Positions 1 through 7,482 of a stretch of DNA of 28,403 nucleotides are shown one piece after another (the first letter of the stretch is position 1; every line of letters starts with the position of its first letter). The stretch lies in assembly GCA_046546115.1 (NCBI GenBank), contig JBKGYM010000001.1, positions 1 to 28,403 on the forward strand, in the 5' to 3' direction. The position numbers and the translations under genes are program-made. Below the pieces are notes generated by a model that saw nothing but the letters and a program-made list of their open reading frames with translations, ran no database searches and was not told the origin of the DNA. Source of the DNA: Candidatus Woesearchaeota archaeon (GTDB taxonomy: Archaea > Nanobdellota > Nanobdellia > Woesearchaeales > CAZJJJ01).

Positions 1-49
1 AGTTATATTTTAAATATTAGTGTACTAGAAAAAATAAAGAAGATCTAAT

Positions 50-415
50 CTATTGGGATTCAGCATCTTTCTCTTTCTGAAGCTCCATGATCGCTTCTGC
101 TAAATCGCCATCGGACGCCTCTATAGCAGATTTGGCCTTATCTTCAGAGACTTCAGCCTGTTCAGCGACCATGGTGATATCCTCATCACTGATATCAGGA
201 GAATTATCAACTTTTTCTTCATGAGGTTCGCCAACCACCTGATATGTCTGAGAACCCATCATATTGACTTTCGATACTTGGGGTGAATCAAACACCAGTC
301 GCCTGTCTCCCAAATCAATGATTACTCGGGAGACATCCAACTCTTCCTGCTGCACACCCATCTTCTTCATCGCAGAACGCATCTGCTTAGAGTTCATATT
401 CATACCTGGAAGCAT
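50..415 (-). CDS. nac: Nascent polypeptide-associated complex protein (archaeal NAC)
   Basis: N-terminal NAC domain (MKKMGVQQEEL...VSKVNMMGSQTYQVVG), then a C-terminal UBA-like helix bundle (DITMVAEQAEVSEDKAKSAIEASDGDLAEAIM). Confidence 0.93.
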   Translation of the reverse strand: MLPGMNMNSKQMRSAMKKMGVQQEELDVSRVIIDLGDRRLVFDSPQVSKVNMMGSQTYQVVGEPHEEKVDNSPDISDEDITMVAEQAEVSEDKAKSAIEASDGDLAEAIMELQKEKDAESQ

Positions 416-428
416 AAGAGCACCTCAT

Positions 429-605
429 TCAAGAACCGAACCATATGCCGGCTTGCCAATGCAAAATCATCTGTACAATGATGACAACGACAACAAGAAT
501 CAACACATGCTCCGGTTTTACCTGCAGTTTTGATCTGCTGTCGCCAGAATATCTTACCAATCCACCTCCAGACGTGGGCATCTGGATCTTGTCATTCTTT
601 GCCAT
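429..605 (-). CDS. secG: Preprotein translocase subunit Sec61beta (archaeal SecG)
   Basis: MPTSGGGLVRY...KLQVKPEHV followed by one TM helix. Start moved from 728 to ATG 605: the longer ORF runs into the RNase P RNA, and a TATA box lies 31 nt upstream of 605. Confidence 0.88.
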   Translation of the reverse strand: MAKNDKIQMPTSGGGLVRYSGDSRSKLQVKPEHVLILVVVVIIVQMILHWQAGIWFGS

Positions 606-628
606 AGTTGTTGATAACCTCTGTTCAT

Positions 629-640
629 ATTTAAAATTTT
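629..640 (-). promoter_or_regulatory. Archaeal BRE/TATA promoter of sec61beta-nac
   Basis: Minus strand reads AAAATTTTAAATA; the TATA begins 31 nt before ATG 605. Confidence 0.6.
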
Positions 641-682
641 GCTTGATATTTTCTTGATAAACAATCAAGATTGGGTTGCCCC

Positions 683-992
683 ATTGCAGAGAGCTTATAA
701 GCCACCTTCTGTCAGCCCCTGCCATCAAAGGCAGACAGGCTGCATCAACATTTGACTGAGCGCCTAAGCTTGCACCGACCAGGACTCACCGTTCCATCGA
801 TCCTCTGGAGAACGTCAACCGGTAAACTCTCTGCCCTCACGGGAAGATTCACAAGCATCATTCTCCTCCAGAGACGTGTCGTTTCTTATTTGGTTGCCAT
901 CCGATTAGGGATCTCGCCTTGCGACGAGTGGTCATGTATGGTGGGTGGACTTTCCTCGGTAAGATTCCGATAGTTGATCCGCCCCCTGCAAT
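683..992 (-). ncRNA. rnpB: Archaeal RNase P RNA
   Basis: Minus strand carries GAGGAAAGUCC (plus 947-957), AGAAAC, GAUGGAAC, CGGUGCAAG and ACAGAAGGUGGCUUAU (plus ~696-711). P1 is AUUGCAGGGGGC/GCUCUCUGCAAU, P2 AUCAAC/GUUGAU and P12 CUCUGGAG/CUCCAGAG. Confidence 0.95.
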
Positions 993-1012
993 ACGCTAGA
1001 TTGTTTAACAAA

Positions 1013-1028
1013 TATTTAAAAAACTATC
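1013..1028 (-). promoter_or_regulatory. TATA promoter of RNase P RNA
   Basis: Minus strand GATAGTTTTTTAAATA, about 28 nt upstream of the 5' end of P1 at 992. Confidence 0.65.
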
Positions 1029-1039
1029 GTTGAAAAAGA

Positions 1040-2173
1040 CTAATGCTTCTTTGTGAATGACAGGATCAGCATTTCAGAAGAGCCCACCATGAAACGTCTT
1101 TCAATCTGTGGAACAAGACCGTATCTTTCAGATAAGCTGATTGGCCTCTCTGAATTTGTGAGTATGACAATCTTACCTGTGTCAGATAACACGAATTCAG
1201 TCTGATAGAAGAATTTATCGAAGAATTTATCATTCTTCTTCTGATTGTATTTGCTATATGCAGGAGGATTTGAAACTATATGATCAATCGAGGACTCCTC
1301 AAACTTAGTCTCCAACCAATCAATGTCTCCTTTGGCAACAGAGACAAATTTATCAATGCCCCCTATCTTAAGATTCTTCTTTGCAGAATTCACCGCCTAT
1401 AGATCCACATCATAGGATGAGATTGAATTCTTCAAAGATTTTAGCTTTTCAGGAACTATAGTCTCATCATATTTTTCCAATTGGGGCTCCAAAGAACGGC
1501 CATCAAGTGACCCTCCCACAATATCATCCTTATCAAAAAACCTTGGAGAGATGCCTGTGGCAAGGTAAGCCGCCTCTGCACAGATGGTTCCAGAACCCGA
1601 ACATGGATCAAGAAACTGGCCATTGCCATCATAACCAGATAAGGCTACAAGAAAATAGGCAAGTGTGCCTTTTATAGAGGAAGGGTGCGCAAATATCTTA
1701 TAACTCCGTTTGCTCAGATCAATCCCAGTCAGATCCACGCCTGCAACAACATCATAGACTTCCGAGTTCCTGCTAGGCGACCAATGAAAATAGATCATAT
1801 TATCGGGAGAATCCATGTTCACAACAGGGTCCGCTAATCTTTTATACACCGAGGAACCGAGATCACGCTCAATAGAATGCCGTGAACATCTCACACAAAA
1901 ACTTCCATGTATTGATGAATAATCAATGTCAGCGGCTTTCTTCACGATCTCAGCTTCATCCTTAGCCTTGAAGACCGACAAAATCTTCATGACTTTCTTT
2001 GCTGATTGTGTGAGGTATGCAAAGAGTATGGCTTTCTCCGAGTCACACTCAAATGACACATAAGATTTTCCCATGACTGCATCTGAACCAGTCCGTCTTG
2101 TCACTTCTTCAGCAACAAGATCCTCGAATCCCTCATTACATATCGCACAGAATCTCATGGAAAAACACATCAC
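1040..2173 (-). pseudogene. THUMP-domain tRNA (guanine-N2) methyltransferase (Trm14/Trm11-like), interrupted by an in-frame TAG at 1397-1399
   Basis: THUMP N-terminus, SLSKRSY-type motif (DLSKRSYKIF), SAM motif I FLDPCSGSGTI, then DVDL*AVNSAKKN and motif IV IVSNPPAY. ORFs 1397..2173 and 1040..1393 are in the same frame. Pseudogene, readthrough or sequencing error cannot be distinguished here. Confidence 0.75.
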
Positions 2174-2376
2174 TTATTATCTGCATCCTCTTCCTTATTA
2201 TAATATGTATAGGAGAGGAGAAAAAGGAATAACACCACAATCATGAAAACGTGCGGCTCAATCTTACCCATGGCCATGAGTACAAGGTTCACTAATGCAG
2301 CAATCACTGCGATTAACGCAATCACCTTCTTTATGAAAGACTTATTTTTCCCCATATCATTTACACTCACAGCCAT
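2170..2376 (-). CDS. Small hypothetical membrane protein with two TM helices
   Basis: Two hydrophobic stretches. Its stop overlaps the GTG start of the methyltransferase, and TTTTTAAT lies 31 nt upstream of ATG 2376. Confidence 0.7.
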   Translation of the reverse strand: MAVSVNDMGKNKSFIKKVIALIAVIAALVNLVLMAMGKIEPHVFMIVVLFLFLLSYTYYNKEEDADNK

Positions 2377-2473
2377 AAGACGCTAAGATTCTCACCTAAA
2401 TTAAAAATATATCGAAACAGGGATGGGTGGATGACAACTTACGCCAGAAGGTGTTCCGGAAGGCTTTTCAACC

Positions 2474-2488
2474 TAAAGCTTTTTAAAT
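2474..2488 (+). promoter_or_regulatory. BRE/TATA promoter of the PIN-rpo7 operon
   Basis: TAAAGCTTTTTAAAT upstream of ATG 2533. Confidence 0.65.
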
Positions 2489-2532
2489 AGTCTCCAACTC
2501 CGAAAAAACAACAAAAGCATCATAAGCTGAAG

Positions 2533-2940
2533 ATGATAGAACAAAAGACCAAGATAATCTTGGACACTAACTTCCTACTGATCCCTGGACAGTCAAGTTT
2601 TGACATTTTCGAAGAGATCAGTAAGCTCATGGATGAACCTTACGAAGTCTTCATCGTCGACAAGACAATAGACGAGCTGAAAGGACTCACAAAGAAAGGT
2701 AAGGTCAAGGACAGAGTGTCTGCCAAAATAGGGATAGAACTCATCGATTACAAAAGAATTAAAAAGATCGATTCAGCAAAGTTAGAAAGCGATCTCGTCG
2801 ATGACATGATTATCGAAGTAGCTGATAAAGACACGATTGTAGCAACAATCGATAAAAACTTAAAAAGAGAGCTACTACAAAAAGGTTACAGGGTCATAGA
2901 GATTGTCAACAAAGGGTATCTCAGGATCAAAAAGAAATGA
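2533..2940 (+). CDS. PIN-domain ribonuclease, Fcf1/Utp23-like (COG1412)
   Basis: IILDTNFLL, DEL, VDD and ATIDKNLK acidic PIN motifs; usual position upstream of rpo7. Confidence 0.88.
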   Translation: MIEQKTKIILDTNFLLIPGQSSFDIFEEISKLMDEPYEVFIVDKTIDELKGLTKKGKVKDRVSAKIGIELIDYKRIKKIDSAKLESDLVDDMIIEVADKDTIVATIDKNLKRELLQKGYRVIEIVNKGYLRIKKK

Positions 2941-2981
2941 TGCCAAAAAACCATATAATTTAGAGCAGAGAGAAGGTAAAA

Positions 2982-3536
2982 ATGTTTTACAAGGTTGAAC
3001 TTAAGGACCACATAAGGATTCCGCCCGATTCGTTTGGGGTTGAGCTGGAAGATGCTATGGTGGCAAAGATAAAGGACAAGTATGATGGTTTCATATCTCG
3101 GGATCTAGGAATAGTCATTGATGTGCTGAGTGTCAAGAAGATTGGAGATGGCGTCTTGGTTCCTGGTGATGGGGCACAATACTATAAAGTGGAATTTGAG
3201 CTCATAACATATGAGCCTGAGATGCAGGAAGTGATGATGGGCACTGTGAGAGATATTGCAGATTTTGGAGTTTTCATGAATCTAGGGCCAATAGAAGGGA
3301 TGATACATGTATCACAGACAATGGATGATTTTGTGTCTTTCACGAAGGATAAAGTGCTCCAAGGTAAGGATAGCAAGAGAAGCCTTAAGATGGGAGATGT
3401 CTGCAGGGCAAGGATGATAGCCATCAGCTATAAAGATATCGCAAATCCTAAGTTAGGCCTCACAATGAGACAACCAGGCCTCGGAAAGCTAGAATGGATA
3501 GAAGAGGACCTCAAGAAAGATAAAAAGAAGAAATGA
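2982..3536 (+). CDS. rpo7: DNA-directed RNA polymerase subunit Rpo7 (E')
   Basis: HIRIPP N-terminal domain and S1 domain (FGVFMNLGPIEGMIHVSQ...LGLTMRQPGLGKLEWI). Confidence 0.97.
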   Translation: MFYKVELKDHIRIPPDSFGVELEDAMVAKIKDKYDGFISRDLGIVIDVLSVKKIGDGVLVPGDGAQYYKVEFELITYEPEMQEVMMGTVRDIADFGVFMNLGPIEGMIHVSQTMDDFVSFTKDKVLQGKDSKRSLKMGDVCRARMIAISYKDIANPKLGLTMRQPGLGKLEWIEEDLKKDKKKK

Positions 3537-3546
3537 GGAGACCAGA

Positions 3547-3738
3547 ATGGCAAAGAGAGAAGTCTGTAAGAAAAACAAGATGTTTGTTGATGATAAGAAT
3601 TTTCCGAAGAGTATGCAGGATGAAGCCAGGACTACAAACTGGCAAGGCAGGGTACACATTTTTGATCCAAAAAAATCTTTCATTGCCGAAAAGATTGCTG
3701 CAGACAGAAAAGGAGAATATGCAATAAAAGTCAAATGA
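3547..3738 (+). CDS. spt4: Transcription elongation factor Spt4 (RpoE''), zinc ligands mostly lost
   Basis: NWQGRVHIFDPKKSFIAEKI...GEYAIKVK C-terminus; directly after rpo7, with a GAGGAG SD. Confidence 0.9.
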   Translation: MAKREVCKKNKMFVDDKNFPKSMQDEARTTNWQGRVHIFDPKKSFIAEKIAADRKGEYAIKVK

Positions 3739-3747
3739 GGGATTAAT

Positions 3748-4062
3748 ATGAAGATAGAGATTCTAAAAGAAAAAGATATGCCTTTGCTCTCTAGAAAAAG
3801 ATACTCGTTGATTACAGAAAGCGATAAGCACACTCCTTCAAGAAAGGAATTATTGAAGAAAGTGGCTGAGAATCTTAAGACTAAACCTGAACTCGTGGTC
3901 ATAAAACATATATATACAAAATATGGATCAAAAGAAGTCAAGATAATAGCAAATGTCTACGATAATAAGAAAGACAAGGACCTTATTGAAAAAGAGTATC
4001 TTCTCAAGAAGAACTCACTCGAAGAAAAGAAGGATAATGAAGAAGCTACTGCTTCTGCTTGA
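3748..4062 (+). CDS. rps24e: 30S ribosomal protein eS24
   Basis: PLLSRKRY...TPSRKELL...VVIKHIYTKYG...ANVYD; conserved operon position. Confidence 0.93.
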   Translation: MKIEILKEKDMPLLSRKRYSLITESDKHTPSRKELLKKVAENLKTKPELVVIKHIYTKYGSKEVKIIANVYDNKKDKDLIEKEYLLKKNSLEEKKDNEEATASA

Positions 4063-4092
4063 TCCGCATAAGAAAGATGACAGGCTGATAAT

Positions 4093-4278
4093 ATGGCGAA
4101 AAGACAAGTGAAGAATAAGAGACCATCAAAGAGATGGGAAGCATATGAAGTGCAAGGAGATAAACTCGTAAGGAAAAAAAGGTATAGCCCAAAAGCAGAA
4201 GGGTGTTTCATGGCTGAACACAAAGACAGGTATACATGCGGTAAGACCGGCTATACAGAATTCAAACCAAAAGATTGA
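4093..4278 (+). CDS. rps27ae: 30S ribosomal protein eS31 (S27ae), zinc ligands mostly lost
   Basis: [11 protein letters not shown]...[19 protein letters not shown]; follows rps24e. Confidence 0.93.
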   Translation: MAKRQVKNKRPSKRWEAYEVQGDKLVRKKRYSPKAEGCFMAEHKDRYTCGKTGYTEFKPKD

Positions 4279-4307
4279 TTCTTACATTTTTTATATTCTG
4301 AAAGAGT

Positions 4308-4396
4308 CTAGTTTTAGATGCCCACAAGCACACCATTCTTGTGCTTACTCTTCGTGACTCTTGAAGGAAATTCTGCAATATCCTGCATAAAACTAG
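4308..4396. repeat. Imperfect inverted repeat enclosing internal hairpins, between convergent genes
   Basis: CTAGTTTTA(GA)TGC at 4308-4321 pairs with GCATAAAACTAG at 4385-4396; internal CACAAG/CTTGTG at 4323-4343. Confidence 0.55.
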
Positions 4397-4488
4397 CAGA
4401 GGTAATAGAAGAAGCAAAATTAATCAGAAAAATAAAACCTAAAGATCAATGTGAGAATTATCAATGTACCGATAAGAGAAATCTGAAA

Positions 4489-5379
4489 TCATTCTTCACC
4501 TGATTTCTGGAATACAAGAAGATCCTCTGTGGTCAGCTTCTGCCCTTTCTGTATCTTCTCTTCTACAGATATCTGCTTCTCTTTGATAGCAGATTCTTTT
4601 CTCTCTTCCTTCCTTTCTTTTGAATCGGCACGATTATCATCAAGCTTCTTTGAAATAGGTGTCAATTCTTTTAGTTTTTCTTTGAGCTTATTATTAAGGT
4701 CAGTGAAATCCTTTTTATGCTTAAGGAATGTCTTATAAGCCTCTTCTTCCTTTATCTTGAGTTCATCAATGCGTTTGGAGAACTCTATCATCTCTTCATG
4801 CTTCTCTTGACTCTTCTTTGCATTCTCACGTACTTTCTCATGTACCTGATCAGCTTCCTTCTTCAAGTCATCAATCTCCTTTGATAATTCATGTATCTTC
4901 TTTGATTGCTCAGAAGATTCATCTGACTCAGAAAGTTGTTTCTTGATCTCTTTCAGGCGCTTCATGAGCTTCTGCTCAGCATTGAAATTCATAGGTTCTG
5001 TCTCCAGTTTGAATTCGATTCCTTCCTTCTCCTTCTTAAGCGCTGAGAAATCTATTCGTTTCCCTGAAGAATCAGAATTCGATCTCTGGTTCTTCTGGAG
5101 CTCCTTTATCTCGGCAATCTTTTCGTTTATCTTCTCATTCATTTCAGTACGTTTCTTCTTTGATTCGCGTACATTATTCGTGAGCTTATCACGCATTGTC
5201 TTGAATTTCTTAATGTCAGAGATGAGTCGAACTATCTCTTTAGAGATGCTCTCCTTCTTAGAATACCATTCTTCCTTGACCTCATTGACCTTGTCTAAGT
5301 TAGACTTGATCTCAGAGATCTCAGATTTAATCTTCCGGGATTTGGAAACCAAATCCTTCAGCTCATCATCACTTAACAT
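4489..5379 (-). CDS. Archaeal coiled-coil protein (COG1340-like)
   Basis: Long K/E-rich heptads, EFKLETEPMNFNAEQKLMKRLKE, and the C-terminal EKIQKGQKLTTEDLLVFQ signature. ATG 5379 has a GGTGA SD. Confidence 0.82.
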   Translation of the reverse strand: MLSDDELKDLVSKSRKIKSEISEIKSNLDKVNEVKEEWYSKKESISKEIVRLISDIKKFKTMRDKLTNNVRESKKKRTEMNEKINEKIAEIKELQKNQRSNSDSSGKRIDFSALKKEKEGIEFKLETEPMNFNAEQKLMKRLKEIKKQLSESDESSEQSKKIHELSKEIDDLKKEADQVHEKVRENAKKSQEKHEEMIEFSKRIDELKIKEEEAYKTFLKHKKDFTDLNNKLKEKLKELTPISKKLDDNRADSKERKEERKESAIKEKQISVEEKIQKGQKLTTEDLLVFQKSGEE

Positions 5380-5407
5380 TGTCACCAATCAAACATCCTT
5401 TAAGGTT

Positions 5408-5438
5408 AAAGTAAAATAAAAGGTGGTACTAGGCCACC
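5408..5438 (-). terminator. Hairpin plus U-tract after the uL1-uL10-P1 operon
   Basis: Minus strand GGUGG-CCUAGUA-CCACC followed by UUUUAUUUUACUUU, about 20 nt after the L12 stop. Confidence 0.55.
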
Positions 5439-5458
5439 ATCCTCAAGCTTTATAAAGT

Positions 5459-5770
5459 TTACCCGAAAAGAGCTCCCAATCCAGCAGCTGCTTCCTCTTC
5501 CTTAGGTTCCTCTTCTTTCTTCTCTTCTTCCTTAGGAGCTTCTTCCTGCGCTTCTCCAGATGCTGGAGCAGCAGCGGAAGGCGCAGCAGCGACAGTAGCA
5601 GCCGTGTTGATAGCTTCTTCAATATCCACTCCATCAAGAGCAGCTATAAGCGCTTTTATCTTAGCGGAATCTGCTTCGATTCCAGCAGCATCGACTACTT
5701 TTTTTACAGCTTCTTCAGTTATCTCTTTACCAGCCTTGTAAAGCAACATTGCAGCATACACATATTCCAT
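5459..5770 (-). CDS. rpl12: 50S ribosomal protein P1/P2 (archaeal L12)
   Basis: [10 protein letters not shown]..., Ala-rich hinge, acidic tail ending [12 protein letters not shown]. Confidence 0.97.
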   Translation of the reverse strand: MEYVYAAMLLYKAGKEITEEAVKKVVDAAGIEADSAKIKALIAALDGVDIEEAINTAATVAAAPSAAAPASGEAQEEAPKEEEKKEEEPKEEEAAAGLGALFG

Positions 5771-5802
5771 TTTAATACCTCCTGCTAATCAGTATAACAA
5801 AC

Positions 5803-6666
5803 TCATGCAGCGTCAGGGATCTTGGATGCTATTCCCTGTGCCTGTGATTGTGCTTTCGCGATTATCAAATCAATTGCCTCTCTTTCATAGGCGGGTGCAT
5901 TGACAGCAAGATTTCTTGTCTTACTATACGCCTGTGAAATGAGATGCGTAATATTCTCTTTAGTGGGATATCCAACAAACATGGAGAGATTGAATGCCTC
6001 TCCTGAAAATCTTGAAATCATATCAAGATACTCTTGCTCATCAACTGCCAGGATATCCTTGGTGAAAATTTCACCGTCCTCAAATGTAGCAGTCAGATCA
6101 AGCCCAATCTCCATTGGCTCTATCCCTAGCCGCCCAAGCAGAGATGCCAGCTTACCGCTGAAGACTTCACCTTCACGAATCACAGTAGAGTCCTCTTTGA
6201 CAATGACCTTACCATTTTCAATCCCTGCCTTGATACCTACCGAGCCCAATTCAGATATGATCGGCCCGGGCGCAAAACCAGTAGGACCTGCAGGCACCAC
6301 AACATCTTTTGGAGCGGTCTGACCACCTTTGGCGGGTGCTCCTGACTTATTCTTCTGAAGTGTCTTGTATAATGTGAAAGGGTTCTCTGATGTGAAAATC
6401 AATGCAGGCATCCCCTTCAGATGATCTTTTAAGCTCTCGATGCCTGGCTTTTTTGACTTGGCTTCCTCAAGAGCTATGCTGATCAATCTGCGTTTGCCCA
6501 TGAAGATCTCAACCTTTCCTCTCAACTGTTCTCTCATCTTTTGAAGTTGGGGCGTCGGAAGACCTTCCATATTCACACAGCCAACAATAGGATAACTTTC
6601 TATAAGACGAAGGTAATTATCCACAATCTTTTTCTTCTCTTTTGGTATCTTAGCCAATGGTGCCAT
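5803..6666 (-). CDS. rpl10: 50S ribosomal protein uL10 (P0)
   Basis: LQKMREQLRG, PAKGGQTAP.DVVVPAGPTGFAPGPIISELG; ATG 6666 preferred over TTG 6675. Confidence 0.97.
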   Translation of the reverse strand: MAPLAKIPKEKKKIVDNYLRLIESYPIVGCVNMEGLPTPQLQKMREQLRGKVEIFMGKRRLISIALEEAKSKKPGIESLKDHLKGMPALIFTSENPFTLYKTLQKNKSGAPAKGGQTAPKDVVVPAGPTGFAPGPIISELGSVGIKAGIENGKVIVKEDSTVIREGEVFSGKLASLLGRLGIEPMEIGLDLTATFEDGEIFTKDILAVDEQEYLDMISRFSGEAFNLSMFVGYPTKENITHLISQAYSKTRNLAVNAPAYEREAIDLIIAKAQSQAQGIASKIPDAA

Positions 6667-6733
6667 ATCAATCACGTTTCATCTGTCCAAAATCTCTGTT
6701 AAAATAAACCCTGCTTGAACCATATCATCTGAC

Positions 6734-7384
6734 TCAATATATTCTCTCAGGCCTGCTCATTGTCATCTTGACATATACTGAACGTATATTATTCTTCTCT
6801 AATGTCAGATGATGGAGCAACTGATCATAAACATAAGCAGCATTCTCGGCAACCTCATCCTCACTCATGCCTTCCGAACCTATGGGCACTTGCACAAGAG
6901 GCTGTGTCTTTGCGAAAATCCTTTGCATGTCCTGAAGCCGGTCATATAATGGTTTGAGGCTTCCTTTTGGAGGGACAACACAACCCGCCTTAGGATTGGG
7001 CATCTTTCCCCGGGGACCGAGGACTCTTCCGAAAACTTGAGCCACTTTTGGCATTATATTGGCCTGCGCGACGAAAAAGTCCATCTTCTCAGTGAGCGCT
7101 TTCAATGATTTCTTATCCTGCTGGAATTTCTCAAACTCATGAGCCTGAACCATTTCATCACAGACTTTTGCCTCTTCAGACAGCTCTGGACCCACTAAAG
7201 CACAAACCTTCCTTTTCCTGCCTGTATTGTGAGGCAGTTGAGCGTAAAAATCAACTTGATCCTCCGGCTTCTTCAAATTCAGGTTCTTGAGATTCACAAT
7301 CAGATCGATTCTCTGTGTGAAATTTCGCTTTTTAGAGTCAGCTTTCAGTCTCTTCACTGCTTCTTCAAATGTGTCTTTATCCAT
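6734..7384 (-). CDS. rpl1: 50S ribosomal protein uL1
   Basis: RNFTQRIDLIVNLK, GRVLGPRGKMP, YVKMTMS. Confidence 0.97.
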   Translation of the reverse strand: MDKDTFEEAVKRLKADSKKRNFTQRIDLIVNLKNLNLKKPEDQVDFYAQLPHNTGRKRKVCALVGPELSEEAKVCDEMVQAHEFEKFQQDKKSLKALTEKMDFFVAQANIMPKVAQVFGRVLGPRGKMPNPKAGCVVPPKGSLKPLYDRLQDMQRIFAKTQPLVQVPIGSEGMSEDEVAENAAYVYDQLLHHLTLEKNNIRSVYVKMTMSRPERIY

Positions 7385-7393
7385 AATATACCA

Positions 7394-7431
7394 CCCTTCT
7401 ACACGTAAGCGTAAGCCGCGTAGTCAACGGG
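7394..7431 (-). promoter_or_regulatory. Candidate structured 5' leader (autoregulatory site) of the uL1 operon
   Basis: CCC-GUUGA-CUACGCG-(11 nt loop)-CGUGUAG-AA-GGG; the GGG is the start of the SD-like GGGUGGU. A TATA at 7457-7464 places the whole element inside the transcript. Confidence 0.45.
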
Positions 7432-7456
7432 ACATCCTCGAGAAAACTTGAGTTTA

Positions 7457-7470
7457 TTTATAAACGTTTC
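7457..7470 (-). promoter_or_regulatory. BRE/TATA promoter of the uL1 operon
   Basis: Minus strand GAAACGTTTATAAA. Confidence 0.7.
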
Positions 7471-7482
7471 TATAATCCCATA

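Noticed and set aside
752-973. 73-aa plus-strand ORF and the N-terminal extension of ORF 429..728
   Set aside because: Both overlap the RNase P RNA and have no protein-like features.
1397-1399. Genome-wide TAG reassignment or pyrrolysine use
   Set aside because: TAG ends nac (50-52), the methyltransferase C-half (1040-42), tfs (9803-05) and folA (25069-71) at their natural C-termini, and no pyl genes or tRNA-Pyl are visible.
2415-2470. GC-richer spacer as a tRNA or C/D box sRNA
   Set aside because: No cloverleaf, T-loop or paired C and D boxes could be built.
4318-4503. 61-aa plus-strand ORF with its ATG 30 nt after a TTTTTATA tract
   Set aside because: The T-tract is better explained as the rps27ae terminator and lacks a purine BRE; the ORF overlaps the convergent gene end and resembles no family. 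Not fully excluded.
4489-5379. Coiled-coil protein as an SMC/Rad50 partner for Mre11
   Set aside because: No Walker A/B, signature motif or zinc hook; the C-terminus matches COG1340.
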